This document shows positions 36,007-45,028 of a stretch of DNA of 64,000 nt, in pieces (the stretch's first letter is position 1; each line of letters opens with the position of its first letter). This DNA is from an uncultured Eubacteriales bacterium (GTDB lineage Bacteria > Bacillota > Clostridia > Oscillospirales > CAG-382). The stretch lies in assembly GCA_934502885.1 (NCBI GenBank), contig CAKSUT010000001.1, forward strand, positions 143,814-207,813. Reading direction: 5' to 3'. Position numbers and translations under genes: made by a program. Under the pieces are notes generated by a model. That model was not told the origin of the DNA. It was given only the letters and a program-made list of their open reading frames with translations, and did not search any database.

Positions 36007-37302
36007 ATGGCAGAAATCCGTCCTTTCCGCGCAATGAGGTTTACGGAAAAAGCAGGCGACATTTCAAAAAACGTCTGCCCTCCCTACGACATCATCAGCG
36101 AAGAGGAGCGTCTCGGCTTTCTTCGTGAAAGCGAGAACAACATCATAAGACTCGAACTCCCCCGGGGTGAAGAACCGTACAAAAAAGCGGCGGAGGATCT
36201 GCGAGTGATGCTGTCCTCGGGTGTGCTTAGCTGTGACGCCGAGGACGGAATATATATTTATGAGGAAGAGTTTACGGCTTACGGCAAGCGTCACAAGGTA
36301 AAGGGCATTTACACGCTTGTGCGTCTTGCGGAATTTTCCGAGGGAGTTGTGCTTCCGCACGAGGAGACGCTTTCCAAGGCTAAGACCGACCGTTTCAACC
36401 TCATGAGCGAGACGTATTGCAATTTCAGCGCAATATACTCGATGTACTCGGACGCCGAGAAAAAAGCGACGTCGATTATCGGAAGACTCTCCGAGAGAAA
36501 GCCCGATATTGAGTTCACGGCAAACGACGGAGTTGTACAGAGACTTTGGTGTATATATAATAAGGAAGAGATTTGTGCATTAAAGGTCGCTTTCGCAGAC
36601 AAAAAGCTCTATATTGCGGACGGTCATCACCGCTACGAAACGGCTCTTGCGTTCAGAAAAAAGATGCTTGCCGACGGCGACATTAAGTCGGAGGACGATC
36701 TCGGAAACTTCGTCATGATGATGCTTGTCGATATGGAGAACGACGGACTTGTCGTATTTCCGACTCACAGGCTTGTAAGAGACCTCAAGAGCTACGACAG
36801 AGAAGCGGTAAAGAAAGGTCTTGCGAAGTACTTTGACGTTACTCCCGTCGAAAAAAGCGGCATTGAAAAGGCTCTTGACGAGGGAAAGGACGGCAAGGTT
36901 TACGTATGGTGCGCCGGAAACGGCGAGTACTTCAGTGTTGCGCTCCGTGACAAGGAGAGTGCCGAAAAGAGACTCGGCGAGCTTTTTGCGGACAAGAGCA
37001 GTGCTTACAGAAATCTTGATGTTACGGTGCTTCACAGTCTGATTCTCGAAGAGATTTTCGGTATTGACCGTGAAAACATGGCAAATCAGATAAATCTGAC
37101 ATACACGAGAAGTATCGACGAAGCGACCGACGGAGTGGATTCGGGCAAGTTCGACTGCGCTTTCATTATCAATCCGACGAAGGTATCCGAGATCCGAGAC
37201 GTTGCGGCGGCAGGAGACAAGATGCCTCAGAAATCGACCTACTTCTACCCCAAGCTCATAACGGGACTTGTAATGAACAAGATAAAAGATATACAATATT
37301 AA
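36007..37302 (+). CDS. DUF1015 family protein
   Basis: MAEIRPFRAMRFTEKAGDISKNVCPPYDIISEEER.. and ..LYIADGHHRYETALAF.. match my memory of DUF1015. The start was moved to ATG 36007. Confidence 0.75.
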   Translation: MAEIRPFRAMRFTEKAGDISKNVCPPYDIISEEERLGFLRESENNIIRLELPRGEEPYKKAAEDLRVMLSSGVLSCDAEDGIYIYEEEFTAYGKRHKVKGIYTLVRLAEFSEGVVLPHEETLSKAKTDRFNLMSETYCNFSAIYSMYSDAEKKATSIIGRLSERKPDIEFTANDGVVQRLWCIYNKEEICALKVAFADKKLYIADGHHRYETALAFRKKMLADGDIKSEDDLGNFVMMMLVDMENDGLVVFPTHRLVRDLKSYDREAVKKGLAKYFDVTPVEKSGIEKALDEGKDGKVYVWCAGNGEYFSVALRDKESAEKRLGELFADKSSAYRNLDVTVLHSLILEEIFGIDRENMANQINLTYTRSIDEATDGVDSGKFDCAFIINPTKVSEIRDVAAAGDKMPQKSTYFYPKLITGLVMNKIKDIQY

Positions 37303-37314
37303 GGAGAAAGCATT

Positions 37315-39936
37315 ATGCCGAAAGAATTGGAAAAACAATATAATCCGCACGGCACAGAGGACAGAATATATGCCATGTGGAACGACGGCGGATTCTTCAA
37401 ACCGTCAAGCGACAAGAAAAAGCCTCCGTACTCTATAGTTATTCCCCCTCCCAACGTAACGGGACAGCTCCACATGGGACACGCTCTTGACGAGACCTTG
37501 CAGGACATCCTCATCCGTTTCAAGAGAATGAACGGCTACAATGCGCTCTGGATTCCCGGAACGGACCACGCCGGCATTGCGACTCAGATTAAGGTTGAGG
37601 AAAATCTTCGCAAAGAAGAGGGGCTTACAAGATACGATCTCGGCAGAGAGAAATTTCTCGAACGTGTATGGGAATGGAAAAACAAGTACGGAAACAGAAT
37701 TATAAGTCAGCTCAAAAAGCTCGGCTGTTCCTGCGACTGGACTCACGAGAGATTCACGATGGACGAGGGCTGTTCCAACGCTGTTAAAGAGGTTTTCGTT
37801 TCCCTTTACCAAAAGGGGCTCATATACAGAGGTAACCGAATAATCAACTGGTGCCCGAGCTGTGCGACGGCACTTTCCGACGCCGAGGTTGAGTACAAGG
37901 AACAGCCCGGTCACTTCTGGCATATAAGATATCCCGTTGTGGGCAGTGACGAATACATCATTGTTGCAACTACCCGTCCCGAGACCATGATGGGCGACAC
38001 TGCGGTTGCGGTTCATCCCGACGACGAGCGTTACACTCATCTTGTAGGCAAGAAGCTTCTTCTTCCTCTCATGAACAGAGAAATACCCGTTATTGCCGAT
38101 GAATACGTCGAGAAGGATTTCGGTACCGGCTGCGTTAAGATCACTCCCGCGCACGACCCCAACGACTTCCTTGTTGGTCAGAGACACAGCCTTGAGGTTA
38201 TCCGTGTCATGAACGACGACGCAACCATAAACGCAAACGGCGGAAAATACGAGGGTATGGACAGACTCGAGGCGAGAAAGGCGGTTGTACATGACCTTGA
38301 AGAGGGCGGATACCTCGTAAAGGTTGAGGATTACAGCCACAACGTCGGCACGTGCTACAGATGCGGCACGAACGTTGAGCCTCTCACGAGCAACCAGTGG
38401 TTCGTAAAGATGGAGCCTCTCGCAAAGCCGGCTCTCGAGGTCGTTTACGACGGAAGAGTAAAGTTTATTCCCGAACGCTTCACAAAGACCTACACGAACT
38501 GGATGGAGAACGTCCACGACTGGTGTATTTCCCGTCAGCTTTGGTGGGGTCACAGAATACCGGCGTTCTACTGCGACAAGTGCGGTGAGATGTACGTTTC
38601 CAAGGACGAACTTCACACCTGCGAAAAGTGCGGTGCTCCGCTTCGTCAGGAGGAGGACGTTCTCGACACGTGGTTCTCTTCGGCACTCTGGCCGTTCTCG
38701 ACTCTCGGCTGGCCCGAAAAGACGGAGGATCTTGCGTACTACTATCCGACAAGCACGCTTGTAACCGGCTACGACATCATATTCTTCTGGGTTGCGAGAA
38801 TGATTTTCTCGGGTCTTGAGCATATGGGCAAGGAGCCGTTCCACGACGTATTTATACACGGTCTTGTAAGAGACGAACTCGGCAGAAAGATGAGTAAGTC
38901 CCTCGGCAACGGCGTCGATCCGCTTGAGGTCATTGGCAAATACGGTGCGGACGCTCTGAGATTCACTCTCGTAACCGGCAACTCCCCCGGAAACGACATG
39001 AGATACTCCGACAAGAAAGTCGAGGCGTCGAGAAACTTCGCGAACAAGATATGGAATGCGGCGCGTTTCGTTCTTCTCAATCTCGACGAGGACACAAAGC
39101 CGATTCTTCCCGAGTCGCTCACTCTCGAGGACAAGTGGATTCTCACGCTTCTCAACAATACCGTATCCGAAATGACGGCAAACCTCGACAAGTACGAACT
39201 CGGAGTTGCCGCAGGAAAGCTTTACGACTTCATCTGGGATCACTTCTGCGACTGGTACATCGAGCTTGCAAAGCCGAGACTTTTCGCAAAGGGTACGCCC
39301 GAAAACAAGTCGTGCCAGCAGGTTATTCTTTACGTTCTCACCGAGACTCTCAAGCTTCTCCACCCGTTCATGCCCTACATTTCCGAGGAGATTTGGCAGC
39401 ATCTCGGAGTTGACGACAGTCCCGTTATCGTAGCGGAGTGGCCGAAATACAAGAAAGAACTCAACTTTGCCGACGAAGAGAAGGCAATGGACAGAATAAT
39501 TGCGGCAATACGCGCGATAAGAAACAGACGTGCAGAGATGAACGTTCCGCCGTCAAAGAAAGCAAAGCTTATCGTTATTTCGTCCTACAAAGACTCTTTC
39601 AACGACAAGACCGCCGTATTCTTTGAGAAGATGGCGTCGGCGTCCGAGGTTGAGTTTACCGACAGCTACGACGCCGAGGGTGCGGTAAGCATCGTCACCG
39701 ACAGCGCAAAGCTCTTTATTCCGATGAACGAGATAGTTGACACCGAAAAGGAAAGAGCGCGTCTCGAAAAGGAAAAGACAACCGCACTTTCGGAAATAGA
39801 GCGTGTAAACAAGAAGCTCGGCAACCCCGAATTTGTCGGTAAAGCGCCCGAAAAGGTTATCGCAGGCGAAAGAGAAAAGCTTGCAAAATATACGGAAATG
39901 CTCAAAAACGTTGAAGAAATGCTCTCAAAGCTTTGA
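37315..39936 (+). CDS. valS: valine--tRNA ligase
   Basis: [13 protein letters not shown] (HIGH-type motif), KMSKS ([10 protein letters not shown]), a C-terminal coiled coil, 873 aa. Confidence 0.96.
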   Translation: MPKELEKQYNPHGTEDRIYAMWNDGGFFKPSSDKKKPPYSIVIPPPNVTGQLHMGHALDETLQDILIRFKRMNGYNALWIPGTDHAGIATQIKVEENLRKEEGLTRYDLGREKFLERVWEWKNKYGNRIISQLKKLGCSCDWTHERFTMDEGCSNAVKEVFVSLYQKGLIYRGNRIINWCPSCATALSDAEVEYKEQPGHFWHIRYPVVGSDEYIIVATTRPETMMGDTAVAVHPDDERYTHLVGKKLLLPLMNREIPVIADEYVEKDFGTGCVKITPAHDPNDFLVGQRHSLEVIRVMNDDATINANGGKYEGMDRLEARKAVVHDLEEGGYLVKVEDYSHNVGTCYRCGTNVEPLTSNQWFVKMEPLAKPALEVVYDGRVKFIPERFTKTYTNWMENVHDWCISRQLWWGHRIPAFYCDKCGEMYVSKDELHTCEKCGAPLRQEEDVLDTWFSSALWPFSTLGWPEKTEDLAYYYPTSTLVTGYDIIFFWVARMIFSGLEHMGKEPFHDVFIHGLVRDELGRKMSKSLGNGVDPLEVIGKYGADALRFTLVTGNSPGNDMRYSDKKVEASRNFANKIWNAARFVLLNLDEDTKPILPESLTLEDKWILTLLNNTVSEMTANLDKYELGVAAGKLYDFIWDHFCDWYIELAKPRLFAKGTPENKSCQQVILYVLTETLKLLHPFMPYISEEIWQHLGVDDSPVIVAEWPKYKKELNFADEEKAMDRIIAAIRAIRNRRAEMNVPPSKKAKLIVISSYKDSFNDKTAVFFEKMASASEVEFTDSYDAEGAVSIVTDSAKLFIPMNEIVDTEKERARLEKEKTTALSEIERVNKKLGNPEFVGKAPEKVIAGEREKLAKYTEMLKNVEEMLSKL

Positions 39937-40056
39937 TTTGCAGCGTGCGGCAAGGTCTTTGAACTACATTCGATACTTCTGAGCGACAATCGGAAGTCCT
40001 CGCCGGCAGTATCACCGCGGCGGGGACTTTCCAACACAGTGCGAAAGGATTACCTC

Positions 40057-40713
40057 ATGACACCTATCACGATACCGCTCGGCTCAACGGGCGAAAACTG
40101 CTATCTTTACGATGTCGGAAGCGGGAAGTGCGTCTTAATAGATCCCGGCTACGGCGGAGAGAGAGTACTTGACGGCGCGGAGCTTCACGGACTTCACCCA
40201 GTTGCGATTCTCTTTACTCATATGCACTTCGACCACATAATGGGTACAAACGAAATTAACGCCTCTCTCCCCTCGCCGCTTCCGATGTATATACATAAGC
40301 TCGACAAATGCGGTCTTACAGAGCCGTCGCTCAACCTCTCGTCCATGGCATACGGCACGGATTACAGAGTCGAGGGCGAGGTCACGACCTTTGAGGACGG
40401 CGATGTTCTCATATTCGGCGACACCGAATTTCGTGCGGTTCACACTCCGGGACATACTCCCGGCTCATCTTGTTTCGAGGTTGAGAAAGAAAGCCTTATG
40501 TTCACCGGCGACACGCTCTTTCACGGCTCTATGGGCAGAACCGACTTTCCGGGCGGCAATTTCGGTGCTATGAAGTCCTCACTCGCAAGGCTTGCAAAGT
40601 ATCCGAAAGAGTACCGTTTGTATCCCGGTCACGGTGAAAGCACGGATATCGCAAAAGAGCTTCGCAGAAACCCTTATCTTTCGGGTAACGGCGATGAGTT
40701 TCCGATTTGGTAA
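40057..40713 (+). CDS. MBL-fold metallo-hydrolase (glyoxalase II-like)
   Basis: FTHMHFDHIMG (HxHxDH) and HTPGHTPGS. The start was moved to ATG 40057 (AAAGGA 7 nt upstream). Confidence 0.8.
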   Translation: MTPITIPLGSTGENCYLYDVGSGKCVLIDPGYGGERVLDGAELHGLHPVAILFTHMHFDHIMGTNEINASLPSPLPMYIHKLDKCGLTEPSLNLSSMAYGTDYRVEGEVTTFEDGDVLIFGDTEFRAVHTPGHTPGSSCFEVEKESLMFTGDTLFHGSMGRTDFPGGNFGAMKSSLARLAKYPKEYRLYPGHGESTDIAKELRRNPYLSGNGDEFPIW

Positions 40714-41068
40714 ACGCCGGTATATCGGCGACGCCGTCATTGTCGCTTCGTTACTTGCACTCTGCTTTATACCGCTTCTTTTCACCTCACGCGGCGGAAA
40801 AGTAACTCAGGCGAAGGTAATTCTCGGCGGCGAAACGGTTGCACTTCTCCCTCTTTCCGACGACTGCGAAATGTCCCCGGACGGGGGGCACACCGTAGTC
40901 TGCGTATCGGGCGGCAGAGCGTTTATAAAATCCTCCGACTGCCCCGACGGCGTGTGTACGGAAATGAGCGGTGTCGATTCGGACGGCGGTTCCGCGGTCT
41001 GCGTTCCGAACAGAGTAAGCGTGCTTCCGTGCGGCGGTGAAAACCTACTTGACGCTGTTGCCGGATAA
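40694..41068 (+). CDS. NusG domain II (DUF1312)-containing membrane-anchored protein
   Basis: An N-terminal transmembrane segment (AVIVASLLALCFIPLLF) is followed by ..KVILGGETVALLPL..IKSSDCPDGVCTEM..AVCVPNRVSV... The start is uncertain; ATG 40694 overlaps the MBL gene by 20 nt. Confidence 0.6.
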   Translation: MSFRFGKRRYIGDAVIVASLLALCFIPLLFTSRGGKVTQAKVILGGETVALLPLSDDCEMSPDGGHTVVCVSGGRAFIKSSDCPDGVCTEMSGVDSDGGSAVCVPNRVSVLPCGGENLLDAVAG

Positions 41069-41164
41069 ACAGAATACGGCATTTTGAATGTTGTTTTGTG
41101 TTGTTTCGTTTTGAAATGCCGCAAAACAGGTTAGTTTTTATCAAGTAAAGGTTAGTTTTTGCAA

Positions 41165-41193
41165 TTGTAAAAACCTCGGAAAAATAGTATAAT
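41165..41193 (+). promoter_or_regulatory. promoter of the Gx-transporter/apbE unit
   Basis: TTGTAA (41165-41170), a 17-nt spacer, then TATAAT (41188-41193). Confidence 0.55.
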
Positions 41194-41212
41194 AGTAATG
41201 GAGAATGTATAG

Positions 41213-41821
41213 ATGAAAACAAGAGTCGGCAGCGTAAAGACGACTGCAGTCGGAGGTATAAAGACGATTTCAGTCGGATGTATAAAGACGACTGCACTCT
41301 GCGGTATGTTCACCGCACTTGCGGCGGCAATTTCGTTTGCGGAAAATCTGTCAGGCGTAAACACGCTTCTGCCCGTCCCGGGTGTAAAGCTCGGACTTGC
41401 AAACATCGCCGTGACCGGTGCGGTTCTAAGCGTCGGTGCTGCAGGGGCGTTTGCCGTGATGCTTGCGCGGTGTCTTATCACGTTTCTGTGCTTCGGCAAT
41501 GCGGTGAGCTTTGTAATCTCGCTTGCCGGTGGGACGCTCTCGGTTGCCGCAATGACGCTTCTCATAAAGTGCCGCGTATTCGGCGGCCGCGAGGGTATGT
41601 GTACGCTTATCGGCGTATCGGCGTCAAGCGCGTTCTTTCATGCGCTCGGTCAGCTCTTTGCGGCGTCGGTCACTGTCGGAAGTACTGCGGTGTTCTCGGC
41701 TTTTCCCCTGATAGGTTCGCTGTCGGTTGCGACGGGAACAATCACCGGAATTGCGGCGAACGCGGTATACTCGGCAGTAAGCTCAACGAAGCTTGCGAAG
41801 TCTTACATATCTCTCGACTGA
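41213..41821 (+). CDS. Gx transporter family protein (Hpre_diP_synt_I-like membrane protein)
   Basis: ..TALCGMFTALAAAISFAENL....PGVKLGLANIAVTGAV.. Polytopic, ~200 aa. The assignment rests on my memory of this family and its usual ApbE/NusG_II neighbours. Confidence 0.6.
   Translation: MKTRVGSVKTTAVGGIKTISVGCIKTTALCGMFTALAAAISFAENLSGVNTLLPVPGVKLGLANIAVTGAVLSVGAAGAFAVMLARCLITFLCFGNAVSFVISLAGGTLSVAAMTLLIKCRVFGGREGMCTLIGVSASSAFFHALGQLFAASVTVGSTAVFSAFPLIGSLSVATGTITGIAANAVYSAVSSTKLAKSYISLD
41225..41296 (+). repeat. 24-nt tandem coding repeat x3 at the 5' end of the Gx-transporter gene
   Basis: gtcggcagcgtaaagacgactgca / gtcggaggtataaagacgatttca / gtcggatgtataaagacgactgca. These encode VGSVKTTA / VGGIKTIS / VGCIKTTA. 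Confidence 0.85.
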
Positions 41822-41833
41822 AAGGCACGTAAA

Positions 41834-42889
41834 ATGAAGGTTAAACGTTTAATTTCAATCGTACTTTGTCTCACGCTTGCTCTCTCTCTTTTCTCCTGTA
41901 TGCAGAGAGTTCGGTACATGGAGGAATCGTTCTTCTCGATGGACACCTTTATGTACATAAAGGCGGAGAACGCAAATTCCGCCTTGATGCGAGACGTAAA
42001 AGCGCGCATATACGAGATAGAGCGAAAGTTTTCGCGTTCTTCCTCCGAAAGCGCGGTATCGAAGATAAACTCGCTTCCCGAAGGCGGCGCGTTTACTCTC
42101 GACAGCGACGGTGAAACGCTTCTCTCGAAGTCTCTCGAAGCAGCAAAAGCAACGGGCAGAGCGTTCAATCCGTGTCTCGGCGCGGTAAAAGACATCTGGG
42201 AAAGGCACAAAGCGGAGCTTACCGTCCCGGAAAAGGACGAGGTTCTTTCAGCGCTTGCCCACACATCACCCGACGGACTCTCTCTTGACGGTCCGTATCT
42301 TGTGAAGTCCGACGGCGGACTTTCCCTCGATTTCGGCGCAGTGGCAAAAGGTTATGCCGCAGACGAAGCGGTGAAAATTCTGCGGGACGGCGGTATCGAA
42401 AATGCAATGCTCAATCTCGGCGGAAACATTGCCGTAATCGGTGAGTCGGAGTCGAACCGCGGAAGAGGCTTCTGGACGATAGGCATAAAGAATCCGTTTA
42501 ACACCAACGAGCCTGTCGGCACTCTCAGCGTTTCCGACTGCTTCGTATCGGTTTCCGGATGGTACGAGAGGTACTATGAAGTTGACGGAAAAAGATACCA
42601 CCACATCACAGACTCAGAGACCGGATTTCCTGCCGAAAGCGGAGTTGCGAGCGTTGCGGTTATCTCCCGCGACGGCACTCTCGCCGACGCACTCTCCACA
42701 GCGCTTTTCGTAATGGGAAAGGAAAAGGCTCTCGGTTTTTACGAGAGCGGAGTGTACTCCTTTGAGGCGGTTATCGTGACCGACGACGGAAAAGTGACGG
42801 TGACGGACGGACTTTCGGACGTTTTTACTTTCGATAACGGTGCGCACGGCACTGACGGAACGCCGCTCATACTTGAAAGTGACAATTAA
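41834..42889 (+). CDS. apbE: FAD:protein FMN transferase (ApbE family lipoprotein)
   Basis: Lipobox LALSLFSC. Motifs FGAVAKGYAADE, LNLGGN, RYHHITDSETGFP and ADALSTALFVMG. Confidence 0.9.
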   Translation: MKVKRLISIVLCLTLALSLFSCMQRVRYMEESFFSMDTFMYIKAENANSALMRDVKARIYEIERKFSRSSSESAVSKINSLPEGGAFTLDSDGETLLSKSLEAAKATGRAFNPCLGAVKDIWERHKAELTVPEKDEVLSALAHTSPDGLSLDGPYLVKSDGGLSLDFGAVAKGYAADEAVKILRDGGIENAMLNLGGNIAVIGESESNRGRGFWTIGIKNPFNTNEPVGTLSVSDCFVSVSGWYERYYEVDGKRYHHITDSETGFPAESGVASVAVISRDGTLADALSTALFVMGKEKALGFYESGVYSFEAVIVTDDGKVTVTDGLSDVFTFDNGAHGTDGTPLILESDN

Positions 42890-42913
42890 AAATTTATATA
42901 TGAGGTGAAAGAC

Positions 42914-44686
42914 ATGAACAAAAACTACCCGAAGATCGGTATAAGACCGACAATTGACGGCCGCCGCAACGGCATCAGAGAAAGCCTTGAGGATCAGACC
43001 ACGGCAATGGCGAAAGCCGTGGCAAAGCTCTTTGAGGACAATCTTCGTTACCCCGACGGAAGCCACGTTGAGTGCGTAATTGCGGATCAGAACATCGGAG
43101 GCGCCGCAGAGGCTGCCGTTTGTGCAGAGAAGTTCAGCAAGGAAAACGTCGGACTTTCCGTAACCGTCACCGCCTGCTGGTGCTACGGCACGGAGACTCT
43201 CGACCTCACACCCGACATTCCCAAGGCGATATTCGGCTTCAACGGTACCGAGCGTCCGGGCGCCGTATACCTTGCAGCCGCTCTTGCAGGACACAATCAG
43301 AAGGGTATGCCGGCATTCTCGGTATACGGTCACGACGTACAGGACATCGACATGGTTGACACAATTCCCTCCGATGTTGCCGAAAAGCTCCTCGCATTCG
43401 GCAGAGCCGGACTTGCGGTTGCTCTCATGAAAACGCGCAGCTATCTCTCCTTCGGCGGCGTTGCAATGGGCATTGCCGGTTCTATGGTAAACGACAGCTT
43501 CTTCCAGGACTACCTCGGTATGCGCTGTGAGTACATAGACATGATAGAGATTCAGAGAAGAATCGACCTCGGCATATACGATCACGAGGAGTTCGACAAG
43601 GCTGTAAAGTGGGTTCGCGAGAACTGCAAGGAGGGTCTTGAGCTTAATGCAAAGCCGCTTTCCCGTGAGCGCAAGGACAAGGATTGGGAATACGTCGTCA
43701 AGATGACGATGATCGCGCGCGACCTCATGCAGGGCAATCCCAAGCTTGCTGAAATGGGATTTGTCGAGGAATCCAACGGTCACAACGCAATCGCAGGCGG
43801 TTTCCAGGGTCAGCGTCAGTGGACGGACTATCTCCCCAACGGCGACTTTATGGAAGCGATGCTTAACTCTTCCTTCGACTGGAACGGCATCCGTGCGCCT
43901 TACGTTCTCGCAACCGAAAACGACTCTCTCAACGGCGTTGCGATGCTCTTCGGACGTCTTCTCACAAACAAAGCGCAGGTATTCTGCGATGTAAGAACAT
44001 ATTGGAGTCCCGAGGCTGTAAAGCGTGTTACCGGCACGGATATGCCGAAGGGTGCAGAGGGCGGATTTATCCACCTCATCAACTCCGGCGCGGCTGCTCT
44101 TGACGGCACCGGTCGCTGCAAGGACGAAAACGGAAATCCCACACTCAAGCCTTACTGGGAGATCACCGAAGAGGAAAAGAACGACTGCCTCAAGAACACA
44201 ACGTGGAGTCCCGCAAACCTCGGCTACTTCAGAGGCGGCGGATACAGCTCGACCTACACAACGCTCGGCGGCATTCCGTTCACGATGGTAAGAGTAAACA
44301 TAGTAAAGGGTCTCGGACCTGTACTTCAGATCGCCGAGGGTCACAGTGTAGAGCTTGCTCCCGACGTACACAAGACTCTTCTTGACAGAACCGATCCGAC
44401 ATGGCCCTGCACATGGTTTGCTCCGAGAGTTGACGAAAAGTGCGGCGGCGCATTCAAAGACGTATACTCGGTAATGGCAAACTGGGGTGCAAACCACTGC
44501 GCACTCTGCCCCGGTCACGTAGGTGCGGATCTCATCACTCTCGCCTCCATGCTCAGAATACCGGTTGCAATGCACAATGTTCCCGAGGAGAAGATTTTCC
44601 GTCCGTCGGCATGGTCGCTCTTCGGCACAAAGGATCTCGAAGGCGCGGACTTCAGAGCCTGCAAGAACTTCGGACCGCTCTATTAA
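42914..44686 (+). CDS. fucI: L-fucose isomerase
   Basis: ..[71 protein letters not shown].. tracks the E. coli FucI N-terminus as I recall it. About 590 aa. The start was moved to ATG 42914 (GAGGTG 6 nt upstream). Confidence 0.88.
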   Translation: MNKNYPKIGIRPTIDGRRNGIRESLEDQTTAMAKAVAKLFEDNLRYPDGSHVECVIADQNIGGAAEAAVCAEKFSKENVGLSVTVTACWCYGTETLDLTPDIPKAIFGFNGTERPGAVYLAAALAGHNQKGMPAFSVYGHDVQDIDMVDTIPSDVAEKLLAFGRAGLAVALMKTRSYLSFGGVAMGIAGSMVNDSFFQDYLGMRCEYIDMIEIQRRIDLGIYDHEEFDKAVKWVRENCKEGLELNAKPLSRERKDKDWEYVVKMTMIARDLMQGNPKLAEMGFVEESNGHNAIAGGFQGQRQWTDYLPNGDFMEAMLNSSFDWNGIRAPYVLATENDSLNGVAMLFGRLLTNKAQVFCDVRTYWSPEAVKRVTGTDMPKGAEGGFIHLINSGAAALDGTGRCKDENGNPTLKPYWEITEEEKNDCLKNTTWSPANLGYFRGGGYSSTYTTLGGIPFTMVRVNIVKGLGPVLQIAEGHSVELAPDVHKTLLDRTDPTWPCTWFAPRVDEKCGGAFKDVYSVMANWGANHCALCPGHVGADLITLASMLRIPVAMHNVPEEKIFRPSAWSLFGTKDLEGADFRACKNFGPLY

Positions 44687-44815
44687 GGTCGTCGGCAAGC
44701 GACGACCTCGCAAGGAAATACTCCGTAATTCCTTGCGGAACAGATTTGTTCGTTCGCATCTCGTTCGAGGCGTCTCGCTTTGCTCGACTTCTCTTCACTC
44801 GCAAATCTATAGGTG

Positions 44816-44846
44816 AAAAACCTGCGGCACTTGTCCGCAGGTTTTT
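44816..44846 (+). terminator. rho-independent (bidirectional) terminator after fucI
   Basis: aaaaacctgcgg-cacttgt-ccgcaggttttt. Confidence 0.8.
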
Positions 44847-44969
44847 CGCTTTCTGTTGTATTTGCACTTCGTGTTGCCCCTACTCTCAGACCGGCACTCT
44901 ATGCAACATCAATAATCGTCAATCGTCAATTCCCGATTTCTCCGCTTCTCCTAAAACCGTCGAAGAGCA

Positions 44970-44998
44970 TTGACAAAACCTCTCTGTTGTGGTATAAT
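44970..44998 (+). promoter_or_regulatory. consensus promoter of the MATE gene
   Basis: TTGACA (44970-44975), a 17-nt spacer ending in TGg, then TATAAT (44993-44998). Confidence 0.8.
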
Positions 44999-45028
44999 GA
45001 GACGATTACGCTGAAAAAGGAGAACGAA

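Noticed and set aside
35750-37314. I looked for a T-box riboswitch for valS.
   Set aside because: I could not find a specifier-loop or T-box (AANNNGGUGGNACCGCG-like) sequence. The leader after the promoter is only ~85 nt, and the valS-proximal spacer is 12 nt.
37405-39402. A 665-aa minus-strand ORF opposite valS.
   Set aside because: It is a codon-aligned antisense shadow: 39400 is congruent with the valS frame starting at 37315. There are no recognisable motifs, and valS is unambiguous (HIGH-type and KMSKS motifs).
39937-40056. An imperfect 12-bp hairpin after valS (~39983-40026), considered as a terminator.
   Set aside because: It has no U-tract, and the downstream MBL gene has an RBS but no obvious promoter. 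Read-through or co-transcription seems more likely.
42614-44713. A 699-aa minus-strand ORF opposite fucI and the 3' end of apbE.
   Set aside because: It is a codon-aligned antisense shadow of fucI (44711 and 42914 share the same value mod 3). The composition is Cys/Arg/Val-rich, with no RBS.
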